DNA of 64,000 nucleotides from Octopus vulgaris (lineage: Eukaryota), in assembly GCA_951406725.2 (NCBI GenBank), contig OX597835.1, forward strand, positions 42,098,001-42,162,000, given 5' to 3'. The notes under the pieces were generated by a model. It searched no databases and had not been told where the DNA came from. It worked only from the letters and a program-made list of their open reading frames with translations. The position numbers and the translations under genes are program-made. This document shows, one piece after another, positions 11,532-24,912 of the stretch; position 1 is the first letter of the stretch; every line of letters begins with the position of its first letter.

Positions 11532-12122
11532 ATTTAAAACAAGGTGTTTCTGATTATATAATTCGACAGATTTTATGTCTTGCAAGTAACCAAAGTAGCT
11601 TATCGCCATTTGTTAGTTTTTGACAGACATTGTTGGCATTCCTTGTGTTAGAAACAAGATAATAGTCGCCGGCGACACTAGCCAATGGAGGAGCTTCTGC
11701 ACGGTCGATCGACTTGCTAGAAAGAACAGCCAAACTTTTCTCAAATTACACTATTTCACTCTATATAAATAGAAAACATTGAACAATAGTGTCCTAGATA
11801 TAGAAAAAAGACAGGGTGATCTTCATTAGAAGAATGTCTTTCATTGTAGGTCTGCTATATTTGGACTAATTGCGGGCTAAAAAACAACACAGATTAATTT
11901 GAGAATAGAGAGTGTGTGTGTGTGTGTGTGGGGGGGGGGGAGTTTACGAAAAAAACAAAAGACGAAGACAGGTGATGTACAAAACAAACAGATGTATTAG
12001 TATAACGCTCAGGAATAGAAAAAGTCTTTTACGTTTCGAGCCTACGCTATTCTACAGAAAGGGACACAGAAAAAACAAGGAGAGAAAAAAATGTGTGTAG
12101 TGGCTAACGATCTATCATGGCG

Positions 12123-12158
<36 letters not shown>

Positions 12159-12239
12159 CACACACACAATTAAAAGTCAGGTTTTTGAAGTTTTCTTTTC
12201 TTCTTACAGAGTTGTTGGCTTATAAAGGTACCTCGATGC

Positions 12240-12760
12240 AGACAAGTCTGCTTGTACACGTACCCTTATGCCCGCTTGTAGAGGTGTTGACTTGTAGAAA
12301 TGGTTCTAATACAGATGTTTCTTTTTGTAAAATATATTCTCTTGTAAAAATGTTCCTCACGTAGGAAGGGTCCTCACGTAAAATTGTCCCTTTGTAGAGG
12401 TGTACATTTGTTGAAATGTCCTTATGTAGAAGTCCCCATTTGTAGAGATATTCCCTTATAGAAATGTCTTCTTATGGAGGCGGACACTTGCAGAAGTATT
12501 CTCACATAGACGTTTCCTAAGTATCTTGAAAAGGTGTACACTTATAGAATTATCTTCATGCAAAAGTCTCCTTGGAGAGGTATTCTCTTGCAGACATGTC
12601 CCCCTGCGAACGTGTCTTTGTGCAGAAGTCTTATTTAGCTTAAATTTCTTCATTCCTCATGCAGAAATCTCCTTTTGTTGAGGTGTTCTCACGTGGAAAT
12701 GTCCACTTATAGAGCTATCCTTGTTCACAAATGTCCTCTTGCTAAAGTGTCCTCTTATAA
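12240..12760. repeat. Degenerate ~16-17 bp minisatellite (consensus ~CTTGTAGAAATGTYCT)
   Basis: Recurring cttgtaga/cttataga/cttgcaga at ~16-17 bp spacing. Confidence 0.6.
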
Positions 12761-12901
12761 AAACAACACTGTGTCAGTCCTCGATTCTAAACAACTCTTT
12801 TTCAATAATTCTACTTATTTCAGTTTTTTTCTTCCTGTTTTCCAGAATCTTACAGCAATTTCGTCTTTCTTATTTTCTTTTCTCTTCTCTTGTAACTTCA
12901 G

Positions 12902-13030
12902 CAAAACATCGAAGATGTCCCGTTTTGTCACAACTATATTGGAACTCAGCAATCTTTAGGTCATCTTCGAGACATTGATGGACATATCATAGAATTCAAA
13001 GAAAAACTAGATGAACTAAAAAAGGATAAG
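12902..13030 (+). CDS. Internal coding exon A of an unidentified coiled-coil protein gene (QNIEDVPFCHNYIGTQQSLGHLRDIDGHIIEFKEKLDELKKDK)
   Basis: Long polypyrimidine tract ending tgtaacttcAG; 129 nt open in phase 0; donor AAG|GTAAGG; non-repetitive sequence. Confidence 0.8.
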
Positions 13031-13254
13031 GTAAGGCATTATTCAATTACTAATTGTCATGTTCCAGTCTCTGGCCCACAGCTTGTACTGTTTCCTCTCT
13101 CTCTGTCTTTTCTATCACAACTATAACAGTATGGCTTGTCTCAATCCTCCAATACCACCTCACTTGTCTTTCCACCTTTCGTCACTCATGGTGCATCTTC
13201 CCTCTCAACCCACACTGACCACTGTTCTCAACCCTTTCTCTCCCAGTCATCAAC

Positions 13255-13865
13255 CCTTGTGCAGAAAGAGTACAAGCGCAGACATGACAAAGTAGCCTAA
13301 AACCTCCACTAGCTACTATGCTGTAAGTATGGACGTGAGGTTACCAGTGCTTGGTACCAACATACACTGGAAAAGATAATGGATGTAAAGGGGAATGCAA
13401 AAATCCTCTGGCACTTCGATTTCCAGACAGACTAGGTGTTAGAGCATTGAAGCCAAATATAGTAACCTTTAGGAGGGACAAATAAGAATGCCTAATAATC
13501 GACATGGCTGTGCCAGGAGATCAACACATCATCATAAAAGAAAAGATTGATAAATATGGAGACCTGAGAACCGAGATTGACAAGATGTGGCAGCTACGAG
13601 TCACACATAAAGGTTATCCCTGTTGTCATTGGAGCATTGGGTTCAATACCACCCAATCTGAAAAAACATCTGAAAACCTTAGAGATACCCTACAATCTAG
13701 ATGTATTGCAAAAGTCGGCATTATTTGGAACTACATACATATTGCGTAAAGTACTGTCTGTCCGAGGTCCTTGTTGTGACTTGACAAATAGTACAAGCCC
13801 CCTGGTTAACAAAATATCTTCAATCAAAAACCTCATGATTTTGTATACTGTGCGACGTCTATAAT
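13255..13865 (+). mobile_element. R4/Dong-like LINE 3' end (restriction-like endonuclease domain), degenerate
   Basis: YKRRHDKVA...ILWHFDFQTD...IIDMAVPGD...KIDKYGDL...VIPVVIGALG...LQKSALFGTTYILRKVL with stops and frameshifts; (AAT)n downstream. Confidence 0.85.
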
Positions 13866-13981
13866 GATAATGATACAATCCTCTTAAGTACGAAATAATA
13901 ATAATAATAATAATAATCATCATCATCATCATCATCACCAACACCACCACCAACACCACCACTACCATCATCATCATCATC

Positions 13982-14015
<34 letters not shown>

Positions 14016-14049
14016 TCACCCCCACCACCACCACCACCATCATCATCAT

Positions 14050-14263
14050 CGTTTCAAATTTTTGCCACAAGGGCAGCTTGGGGGAGGTGGGGATTAGTCA
14101 ATTACATCGACCCCTGTGCGTAACTGGTATTTAATTTTATTGATCCCAAAAGGATGAAAGGCAAAGTCGACCTTGGCAGGATTTGAACTTAGAATGTAGC
14201 GACGAGCAAAATATTGCTAAGCATTTCACCCAGCATGCTAATGATTCTGCCAACTTGTCACCT
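14050..14263 (-). mobile_element. SINE family A
   Basis: Reverse complement of the family A consensus. Confidence 0.8.
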
Positions 14264-14328
14264 TAATAATAATAATAATAATAATAACAACAATGATAAT
14301 AATAACAACAACAACAATAATAATAATT

Positions 14329-14808
14329 TGTCTTGATATAAAAGATGGGCTACAGCAAATATTCTGCTCGATACCACAGATTTGCTTGTCAGTTGTTTGA
14401 TCTTAACCAGTTGAGCATGCCCCTTAGTGGTTGACGATATATATGTCTTTGATCACGAGCAGAAGTAGTAGGGGAGCATCATAGCCATGTGTTGAGAGGG
14501 ATTCTTTGGGGTTTGAATAATTCACCTCTGGAAACATGGGTGCTTTGTTCATCATCCTTAAACAACCCTTATTCAGGGACCTTTTGAGTGGGATGGGCTA
14601 CCCAACCAGAAGAAAATTCGAACTGGGCTTCACCCGCAAGGTCATGCGCTGTTAATCTTGATATGAGATCACCATGTCGCGCACATATGGTTGTGATGCA
14701 TGTGCCTGGTGTACCCTTATCAGACGAGTAGTCATGATGGGTATACTGGGCTTCGTATATTTGTACCCCAGTGTCACTTTGATGGCATGCACTGCTCTCT
14801 CACTCAAT
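14329..14808 (+). mobile_element. Unclassified interspersed repeat embedded in an (AAT)n tract
   Basis: Complex sequence bounded on both sides by (AAT)n, ending ..CTCTCACTCAAT(GAT)AAT. Confidence 0.45.
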
Positions 14809-14929
14809 GATAATAATAATAATCAGAACATAATGGTGGATGAAATGCTCTAAGCATTTTGCCTGGCTTGCTAACAATTCTGCCAGCTTGAGGCTCTATG
14901 AGAAAATATAATGATAATAATAATAATAG

Positions 14930-15495
14930 TGATTTCTGATTTTGACACAAGGCCAGCAGTGTTTGAAGGAGGTGGTAAGTTGATTACATTGACCCCAGTA
15001 CACAACTGGTACTTAATTTATTGACCCTGAAAGGATGAAAGGCAAAGTCAATCTCAGCAGGATTCGAACTCAGAACGTAAGGACAGATGAAATGCCATTA
15101 AGCATTTGGCCAAAGTGATGAGCTGGCAGAATCGTTAGCATGCTGGGCGAAATGCTTAGCGGTATTTCATCTGTCGCTACATTCTGAGTTCAAATTCAGC
15201 TGAGGTTGACTTTGTCTTTCAGCCTTTCGGGGTTGATAAATTAAGTACTAGTTAAGTACTGGGGTTGATGTGATCGCCTGTTCCCCACCCCACAAAATCC
15301 AGGCCTTGTGCCTTTTGTAGAAACAATTAAGCATTTGGCCTGGTATGCTAACAATTCTGCCAGCTTGCACCTAAATATTCTTTCTACTCTCGGCATAAAG
15401 CCTGAAATTTTGAAAGGGCATGGGGTGGGGCTACTTGATTACATTGACCCCCAGAAAGGATGACAGTTGACCTTGGTATGATTTGAATTCAGAAC
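14930..15495. mobile_element. Cluster of three nested or adjacent SINE family A copies (-, +, -)
   Basis: The + copy (15114-15325) interrupts a - copy, with duplicated ATTAAGCATTTGGCC. Confidence 0.75.
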
Positions 15496-16009
15496 AAAAT
15501 GATATAAACAAATATTTTTTTTTCCATTGTCTTTTTCCCACTGAGCGTCATCTTGGTATTTCTTCTCTTGCATATTTTGCATTGTTTTCAAACAGTCCAA
15601 CATATTTAATCGCTGACATTATCTAGAACAACGGTAGCCAAATAGCTGTTGTGATATCAGCAGCTGTTGTAAGAAGCTAGTTCTTAGTTCTTGGCAAGTT
15701 GACCCTGTGACTGATTGCCATGGCGGTAATTATAATAAAGCTAACGGATATTCATGTAAACATCATCTAGCATAAAATCAGAAGTGTGTATGTGTGTTGT
15801 GGATGGGTGGGTAGATGGTCAGATGTGTCTTTTTCGTATATTAGAGTGTTTGTGTCTATATTTTTGGAGTGATGTATTTGTGTACACATATTTGAGTGTA
15901 CATTGTGTGTGTGTGTGTGTACGTGTGTGTGTGTGTGTTATTGTTGTTGTTGCATTTGTGTAGTTGAGTGTTCAGGTGGTGTATATTTTGGTACAATTTT
16001 GAGCGATGT

Positions 16010-16698
16010 ATCATCATTGTTGTTTAATGTCCGCTTTACATGCTGGCATGGGTTTGACGGTTTGACTTAGGACTGGTGAGCTAGAAGGCTGCATCAGGTT
16101 CCAATCTCATCTGGCAAAGTTTCTACAGCTGGATGCCCTTCCTAACACCAACCACTCTGAGAGTGTAGTGGGTGCTTTTATGTGCCACTGGCATGAGGGC
16201 CAGTCAGGTGGTTCTGGCAACGACCACGCTCAAAAGGTGTTTTTTACATGCTATCTGCAAGGGGTCAGTCCGGCGGCACTGGCAACGACCACGCTCTAAT
16301 GTTGTTTTTCACATGCCGCTGGCATGGGTGTCAGTCAGCGGCCCTGACAACGACCACGCTCAAATGTGCTTTTAACGTTCCACTGGCACAAGCGCCAATT
16401 AGGTGGTACTGTCATCGGCCACGTCAGCGATTTTGATTTTGATTTCAGTTGCCTCAATAGGTCTTTGCAAGCAAAGTTTATTGTCAAATGAATGAGGGGT
16501 ACTCATAAGTGGGCTGGTTACACCCACTGGCATAGGCCGTGGGTTATGGTCTTGCTAGGCTTGTCGGGTCTTCTCAAGCACAGCATATTTCCAAAGGTCT
16601 CGGTCATTAGTCATTGCCTCAGTAAGGCCCAATGTTCAAAGGTCATGCTTCACCACCTCATCCCAGGTCTTCCTGGGTCTACCACTTCCACAGGTTAC
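16010..16698 (-). mobile_element. RTE LINE 3' end with 3' UTR
   Basis: Minus strand GRPRKTWDEVVKHDL.TLGLTEAMTNDRDLWKYAVLEKTR; UTR ends CCCATGCCAGCATG..GGACATTAAAC plus (GAT)n-like tail. Confidence 0.85.
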
Positions 16699-17423
16699 GT
16701 GTATGTATTTATATTTGAGTGTACATAAGTGTGTATATGTGCATGTGTGTCAGTGTTTGTGTGTGCATATTTAGAACTGAAGAAGAGGAAGGTTGAGGGA
16801 AATGCTGGAAAGAGGGAGAGAGAGAAGTGGGGGTTGTAGCTCAAGACATGGTGACAATGTGACGAAACAATGAGCAGACAATAACAATGCACAGCCATGA
16901 CCAAATGAAGCGATCAGCCGATATAACGACATAAGGGGACCAACAAACGAGAGGCAAAACATATCATTACCTTCAGCATCTTCTGTTTCAGCGTCATAGT
17001 TGCATCCTCATCATCATCATCATCATCATCATCATCGTTTAACGTCCGCTTTCCATGCTAGCTTGGGTTGGACGATTTGACTGAGGTCTGGCGAACCAGC
17101 ATCCAGCATCCCCATCAAGCCCTCAGCCCCCCCCTCTTATCAAACAGCCTCACACCACACATTTCTCTCACCATTGCTCTCTCGGTCCTATTGCCATCTC
17201 CCTCTCTCTCTCCCTCAAACACCATGTCCCACTCCCACACAGCATTGTATAACTCTCACACAAACTCCTATAAGACCTTCCCTAAATATGGGTGGTCAAT
17301 CAAATTGATAGACTTGCCAATGTTATCCAGTGTTTGTCATTTGAGATGTGACATCGATCATTGTTTGTTACTGGAAGAAAACCGGTTCACACATCAAACA
17401 TTCACATACTTCCCTTGTACATG

Positions 17424-17456
<33 letters not shown>

Positions 17457-17528
17457 TCATAGAGTTGAAACGCTGCTTGATTTTTCTTTCCAGCGTTGAA
17501 TATTCACCATCCCACTTCCATTGTGTGG

Positions 17529-17560
<32 letters not shown>

Positions 17561-18969
17561 ACAAATACACACACACAAACACACACACACACACAAACAC
17601 ACAAACCTCCCTTTTACATACACACACACATATACTCACACAGAGTTGAAACATTCCCACTACCATTTTGCCATCATCCCTTCCTTCCTCATTCATGTTG
17701 TGACGAAGAAAAACACAAGAGTAATATTATAGTAAGAAGACCTAAAAAGAACAAAAACAAAAATAAATAAAGCAAAAGGCAAAAAATAAAATGGAGAACA
17801 AAGCAAAAACAACCTTTGACTGTGATATTGTTTTGGGCGTTTTTTTTTTCTCTTTCAGCTAAAAAACCAAAAAATGACCGAATTGTTGATTAAAATGTTT
17901 CATCATGCTTGGGACAGTTTTGACAATCAATTGAGAAGATAAACAATTAGTATTGCTTCGTTTGACGACTTGTCTCCATAGATAATGAATGTTGGGTGTA
18001 TATGTATTTAGTGTGGAGAAACCAGTTTTTTATCATTGCTACTGATTGCTTTTATCAGTTATGTACGAGACCCACGGCAGGTATGGGTCGGAATATTTCA
18101 ACCAGGGGGTGGCGGGTGGTTGCCCATGAGTTTTATTACCATTGCACACCAACCACTGTGGTGGAATTTGATCTCTCTGAGATTTGCAGTTATTGGTTCC
18201 ACCCACTTTTACTGACTCTGTCATCGTCAATCATCATCATCATCATCATCATCATTATCAATCATCATCCACCATCGTCATCATCAATCATCATCAATCA
18301 TCATCAATCATCATCATCAATCATCATCAATCATCATCATCATCGTCATCATCATTGCCGCTATCGTTATCATTGTCATCATTATCATCTTCATCATAGA
18401 TGTTATTGTTTTCCTCCTCTTCATTGTCATCATCATCAAGATTATTGTCACCATCGTCGTCATTGTCATTATCACTGTCATCGTTGTCATCATCATCGTT
18501 ATTGTCATTATCATTGTTATCATCATCTTCATCATTGATGTCGTTGTCCTCCTCCTCTTCATTGTCATCATCATCATCGTCATTATTGTTACCATCATCA
18601 TCATTATCATAATTTTCGTAATTATCAGTTGTTGTCATTGTTGCCTCCATCACCTCTGTGAGGCCCAACGGTCGAAGGTGATGCTTCACCAGATGTGCTT
18701 ATATACACACATACGCTGAATTGGGATCTTGGGGAGAGAATGCATGTCCTTAATTCAGACACTACAAACGATCACCATCATTGCAATTGTTGTCGTTATC
18801 ATTGTCATCATTATCATTATCACATATATACATACATATTCACATATATACACATACGTACACAGACATACTTACATACACATATACACACACATGCATG
18901 CATACATACATACACACACAACACATGTACTCACATACATACTCACATACACACACAAGCTTCTTTTCA

Positions 18970-19172
18970 GTTCGTCTGGCACCTGTGTCGGTGGCACATA
19001 AAATCACCCACTACACTCTCGGAGTGGTTGGCGTTAGGAAGGGCATCCAGCTGTAGAAACACTGCCAGATCTGACTGGCCTGGTGCAGCCTTCTGGCTTC
19101 CCAGACCCCAGTTGAACCGTCCAACCCATGCTAGCATGGAAAGCGGACGTTAAACGATGATGATGATGATGA
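18970..19172 (+). mobile_element. RTE-derived 3' tail element (family D)
   Basis: GGTTGGCGTTAGGAAGGGCATCCAGCTGTAGAAAC...CCAACCCATGCTAGCATGGAAAGCGGACGTTAAAC(GAT)n. Confidence 0.8.
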
Positions 19173-19762
19173 TCTACTAAAACCACTCGCAAGGTTTTGG
19201 TCATCCCAACGGATATAATAGGGGACACTTGGCCCAAGATGCTGCCCTTGTGGCACTGAACCCAAGACCCCTTGCAACCTGAAATAGATTAAAGAAATAA
19301 CTTTATGTTGATGGTCCACCCAAATATTTAAATGACTAATGAATTCTGACCTTGAAGATGGTAATCTTTAATCAACATTCATTAATAATTCATCATTCAA
19401 AAATGTCCTTTTATCTGGAATGTGACATATTTCAAGAATTTTTGGTCAAATGTTATCTTCACATTTTTAAAAATTTGTTTTAGTTATTTGATGGTGGTCA
19501 TACTGGAGCCCTACCTCTAAGTGTTTCAGGTGATTATATCAAATAGGTGCAGGTACAGCTGTATGGTTAACAAGCTTACTTCTTAACTAAGCGGTTTTGG
19601 GTTCAGTCCCATTGCATAGCACCTTGGGCAAATACCTTCTATTATGGCCTCAGGCTGATATAGGCCTCCCCTTGTGAGTGGATTTAGTTGATAAAAACTG
19701 AAAAAAGGTGTCATTTGTGTGTGCGTGTGTGTATATATATATGTGTGTGTGTGTGTGTATAT

Positions 19763-20168
19763 ACTCTTTTACTCTTTTACTTGTTTCAGTCATTTGACTG
19801 TGGCCATGCTGGAGCACCGCCTTTAGTCGAGCGAATCAACCCTGGGACTTATTCTTTGGAAGCCCAGTACTTATTCTATCGGTCTCTTGCCGAACCGCTA
19901 AGTGACGGGGACGTAAACACACCAGCATCGGTTGTCAAGCAATGCTAGGGGAACAAACACAGACACACAAACAAACACACGCATACATATATATATACAT
20001 ATATACGACAAGCTTCTTTCAGTTTCTGTCTACCAAATCCACTCACAAGGCATTGGTCGGTCCGGGGCTATAGCAGAAGACACTTGCCCAAGATGCCACG
20101 CAGTGAGACTGAACCCGGAACCATGTGGTTGGTTAGCAAGCTACTTACCACACAGCCACTCCTGCGCC
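19763..20168 (-). mobile_element. SINE family C, full length
   Basis: Reverse complement of the 3748-4120 family, including head GGCGCAGGAGTGGCTGTGTGGTAAG. Confidence 0.85.
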
Positions 20169-20522
20169 TGTAGTAGTTGAAAAAAATGGTGTCAACAAGA
20201 AGGTGTGTAGTTGGACAGTTACATATCGCTTGAGGAAACAAAACTAGATCTCATAATGCAGGGAAACAGTTGCATAATCAAGTACCTGCACACCTGGGGA
20301 ACTACGTTGCATCGTAGCAATTGTAATGACCGAAAATAAATGTCCAACCATACTCCTTCTTGTTGACCACAATTTCTTCAATTACCTATCCACACACGAT
20401 AGCTGCCCAAACACAAACCTGGAAGTACGTATAATACTACTACTACTGGACAGCAGAGGGTAAAGCTGAAGGTGGATGAGCTTTATACCGTACTCTACTA
20501 CGTTCTTAATAGAATATACAAT

Positions 20523-20572
<50 letters not shown>

Positions 20573-21982
20573 TAAATTAAAGGCATTACTATACATAAAT
20601 GCCTCATGCTAGGAGGGACTCTTAAAGTCAAAAGTACCCAAATAAACACATTGTACTGAATACAAGGGAATGTAACTCTTGAAGTGAGCCTTTTAAAAAG
20701 AGGATTCAGCTGCATATTTAAAGGGAATAATTAATAGATTCCATGAAAGCATGGAAAAGTGAACTTTAAAAAATGATGATGATGGTGGTTGTGGTGATGA
20801 TGGCAGTGGTGGTGATAATGATGATGGTAGTGGTGGTGGTGATGACGATGATGGTAGCAATGGTGATGATGATGGCAATGATGATGATTGTGATGATATA
20901 CATCATTATTGCCATCATCATTTTATATCCACTTTCCAGGCAAACACCATTTTGATGGATTGTCTCAGACGAGGCTATTATTTTGAGATGTTGCCCTCCT
21001 AGACAGGTTGTAGGATCATGTCTCAGTCTCAGGCTTCCTTTTTGGAATAATATCCATAGCTGGACGCCCTTCCCATCACCAGTTACTTCACAGAGTTTGC
21101 TGAGTGTAGTTCAGTGTGGCACCCACACTAGAGAGGTTGTCATATCTTTGACAAGGCCAAAGAACATTCTCAACCCTCTGTTGTCTCCATCCTGTTACCA
21201 GCCCCTTTACAAAGTGTATCAGGTACAGTTTATTGTGGAACCAACCCTAGTGGTGTTGCCTTCCACCCTGTCAGACTAAAGGGCCCTCACTGCTTAATGC
21301 TGTGTTTGTTTGCTCAAAGCAACGTGACTGAGAGTGTAAATGGCAGGCAGTGGTGATAAGAGAACCTTGGATGTGTGAGTGACTGTGAAGGGGACATGTC
21401 TATGATTGTGGAGGCTGTGTTAAGGAGGAGGTGAAGGGAGGGCGTGGGTGGAGAGAGGGAGAGAAGGAGGAAGAGGAAGAATTTTGATTGTTATTATAGA
21501 AAGGGTGATTGTGGTTGGAGGTCTTCAGTACAGCTAGGGCTAGTGCTGTCCCTCTTTACGCAGGCAGCATGACTCGGTGAGGGGAGAGTGGCATTGTACA
21601 GTGGCTTGGAGAGATCCAGTTATCCAATGCAGGAATGGCAGTGAATGAGGGAGAGTCATATATATGAAAGGGGAGAGAATGAGTGAAAGAAAGCGAGGGA
21701 AAAAGGGAGAGGGTGAGAATGAAAGGGGGTGAGGGGGACAGAGAAAGAGAGAAAGATAGAGCAAATGAAAGAGGGAGAGTGAACAGGTGAGAGAGAGAAA
21801 GTGAAAGAGAGAGAAAGAGAAGTAAAGAGAAGAAGAAGAGAAAGAGAGAGAGAGATGGGTGGGTGGGTGGATGACTGAACAAATTGATGGACAGAGGTTA
21901 TAAATGATTTCTGAAATAATGAATATTGTTTTTGAAATAATTCCATACTGAAGATTTATTTATTTATTTATTTTAATTTCAG

Positions 21983-22030
21983 AATGAAGATGTCAAAGAA
22001 TCATTATCTTTCGAACATTTGGTACTTGAA
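21983..22030 (+). CDS. Internal coding exon B (NEDVKESLSFEHLVLE)
   Basis: Acceptor ttttaatttcAG; 48 nt, phase 0-0; donor GAA|GTAAGT; in frame with exon A. Confidence 0.8.
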
Positions 22031-22632
22031 GTAAGTTAATTAGCCATTTCTTAATTAACCATTTCATATCTTTATCATATAAGCACAACTGCACCTTTCA
22101 CCTAATTTCCTCTTTAACTCCATTTTTTCCTTGATACCTGTCATCTTTCTTACTCCCCAGAACTATTTCACTTGATAACTATCAGTTGTTCTTATACTGT
22201 CCTCTCCACCCACATTTTACATTGATTACCTCACTCCCATTGAGCCACCAAATCATCTCTCTTTCTCCACCACCATACATTTCTCACTCTCCCCTCTGAT
22301 CTTTCTCCTGTCTACTGTATTTTCATTACTATTCAGCTGCTCTTCTCTCTTTTGCGTCACTGGCCACCCCTCAACATTTATCCACTCCATGTCATCTCTC
22401 TATTTCCCTCTCATCCTTCTCCTATCTAGTGTAGTTTCAATACTATTCTGCTGTTCTTCTCTCCCATCACTGGTTTCCCCTCAACCTTTATCCACTTCTC
22501 AACAGGTTTTTCATTCATTACATTCACCCCCTCACCCCTTCTCCATCTCTCACTCTACCATACCCTCTCATAACTGCTACCCACCCACACTTCTGGTTCT
22601 CTTACCCTCGTTCACTTCTACTCACTTCATAC

Positions 22633-22831
22633 ATTGAGGGTCAGTCCAAACACCATACGTTGAGGGTCAACCAATCACCATACGTTGAGGGTCAATCAAT
22701 CACCATACGTTGAGGGTCAACCAATCACCATACGTTGAGGGTCAACCAATCACCATACGTTGAGGGTCAACCAATCACCATATGTTGAGGGTCAACCAAT
22801 CACCATATGTTGAGGGTCAATCAATCGCCAT
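22633..22831. repeat. 25-bp tandem minisatellite, ~8 copies (TTGAGGGTCAACCAATCACCATACG)
   Basis: Near-identical head-to-tail units with no spacers. Confidence 0.9.
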
Positions 22832-23116
22832 TATTCTTATCCCATCCCAGCTGCAGCCCAAATCATCCCCATCCTCTTTTCTATAATGTGAGTAACGATG
22901 TATGGTTGTTCCTCCGCAACAAAAAATCCTTTTCTGCTCTGGTCCCCCTTTTTCATCTTTTACCTTTTAACTTTTACTTGTTTCAGTCATTAGACTGGCC
23001 ATGCTGGGGCACCAACTTGAAGCTGTCTCTGATTACTTCTTGTTCTATGATACCAATCCCAAAAACCTTCCATCAAAATTTCATGTTAATTCATGTTCTA
23101 TACGTCAGCCTAATAA

Positions 23117-23316
23117 TCCTTTCCACTAAAGGTACAAGGCCTGAAATTTTGGGGGAGAGTACTAGTTGATTACATCAACCCTAGTGCTTCACTGGTACTT
23201 AATTTATTGACCCTGAAAGGATGAAAGGCAAAGTTGACCTTGGTGGAATTTGAACTCAGAACATGAAGACTGACAAAATACCACCAGTGTGCTAATGATT
23301 CTGCCAGCTCATCACC

Positions 23317-23354
<38 letters not shown>

Positions 23355-23490
23355 CCTTTCTGCTAAAGGCACAAGGCCTGAAATTTGTGAGGAGGGGACT
23401 AGTTGATTATATTGACACCAGTGTTTCACTGGTACTTAATTTATCAACCCTGAAAAGATGAAAGACATCGTTTACCTCTGCAGAATTTGA
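23117..23490 (-). mobile_element. Two tandem SINE family A copies
   Basis: Reverse-complement family A copies separated by (AAT)n; heavy CpG decay. Confidence 0.75.
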
Positions 23491-24099
23491 ACCAATCTAA
23501 ACATGACAAAGTTATTCCACTGAAATCTTCATGGTTTTCGAAATTGATTGAAATAAAAGCAGTTTATTTCAATAGAAGTTGGATAATAAAAGGATTAAAT
23601 GGAGATTTGGTTGATAAAATACATTACTTCCTTTTGGCACAGTTTCTATAGCTGTATACTTTTTCTGCCACTAAACCCTCTGCTCTGCAAAGCTCGTTTT
23701 CCCCCTCCAGGTAGACCAAAGAGTTCTTCTCATCAATGTTGTCTTTGTGCATTCATTCATCAGTGACACCGTAGAGAGAACGGTTTGGTTCAATTTAATT
23801 AAAACATCTTAATTAAAATTAAGAGTCAAGGTTGCAAGACGCAACGAAAATTTTAGGAGAATAAAAATAAGAAAAACGTGGAAATTTTATCGATGAGTGT
23901 GTTATATTATAAGGCACAAAAAGAGAATGACTCTCCCCAGACACAACAGAATATGCTTCAACACACAAACTCACATAAAGAACCTTGCAAACCAAATCCA
24001 AAAATGAAACTTAATTAAAATGTTTATAGAATAAGTTTATTGATATTTCTGTTTGTGGGTTTTTTTTTTTAAAAGTGATCTTACCATTCTTCTTCACAG

Positions 24100-24171
24100 G
24101 ACTATGCATTGCAAAAGCAGCGCTGTTTGGAAGAATCTCTTTATGTGTCGGATATTGAAAATATGCTTCAG
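24100..24171 (+). CDS. Internal coding exon C (DYALQKQRCLEESLYVSDIENMLQ)
   Basis: Acceptor ttcttcttcacAG; 72 nt, phase 0-0; donor CAG|GTAAGT. Confidence 0.8.
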
Positions 24172-24664
24172 GTAAGTCAAATCGTTACTGCTCTCCTACT
24201 TTCAAATGACGTATTTGTTGACAGAGATTGGAAACATGTGGTCCAAAATTTCATCTATATCAATGTTATATGAACACACATCTACAGATTCAATACAGGG
24301 ACCCATCATCAGCCTTGTTTCCTGGGGTCACTGGTTGTTTTGGTTCTTACAGCACATGCCTTCATCGAGGCGACCCAACCTCAGTTGCTCTAGTTTGTAT
24401 CCAAGCAGCATCTTACTGATCTTATCAATCATATGTAATCAACCAGAGCCATCCAAATGCTTTCTCAGATGCTACAACATTGTTTTTGATGGTTCTTCTT
24501 CTTCTCATTTGTGTGATGCTCACCTTGTTTGAGGGTTGTGGCAGGAAGAGCATCCAACTGTAGAAAATCTGCCTCAACAAGTTTTGTCCGACATGTGTGT
24601 ATGTATATAAAACTAATTACATACACACATGTTATCTGTTTGTCTGTCTGTCTCTCTCTCTCTC

Positions 24665-24717
<53 letters not shown>

Positions 24718-24820
24718 CGGAGTAAACACATAAATGTGAAACAAGGTGGAAAAAAGAGTACTCAAATACCAGTGGTAGAGTAATATGCTTTATTTAAAGC
24801 AGCAGAAAATTCAACAAAAC

Positions 24821-24858
24821 CTGTTACTCTGAGTTTCTCGTTGCCGTTCATCAGACAG
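24821..24858 (-). ncRNA. Minimal type I hammerhead ribozyme (left arm of palindrome)
   Basis: CTGT-CTGATGA-A-CG(GCAA)CG-A-GAAA-CTCAGAG-TA-ACAG. Confidence 0.7.
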
Positions 24859-24874
24859 TTTTTGCTAGCAAAAA

Positions 24875-24912
24875 CTGTCTGATGAACGCCAACGAGAAAC
24901 TCAGAGTAACAG
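24875..24912 (+). ncRNA. Minimal type I hammerhead ribozyme (right arm of palindrome)
   Basis: CTGT-CTGATGA-A-CG(CCAA)CG-A-GAAA-CTCAGAG-TA-ACAG. Confidence 0.7.

Noticed and set aside
22633-22831. CRISPR-like array
   Set aside because: Units are contiguous with no unique spacers, the context is eukaryotic and there are no cas genes
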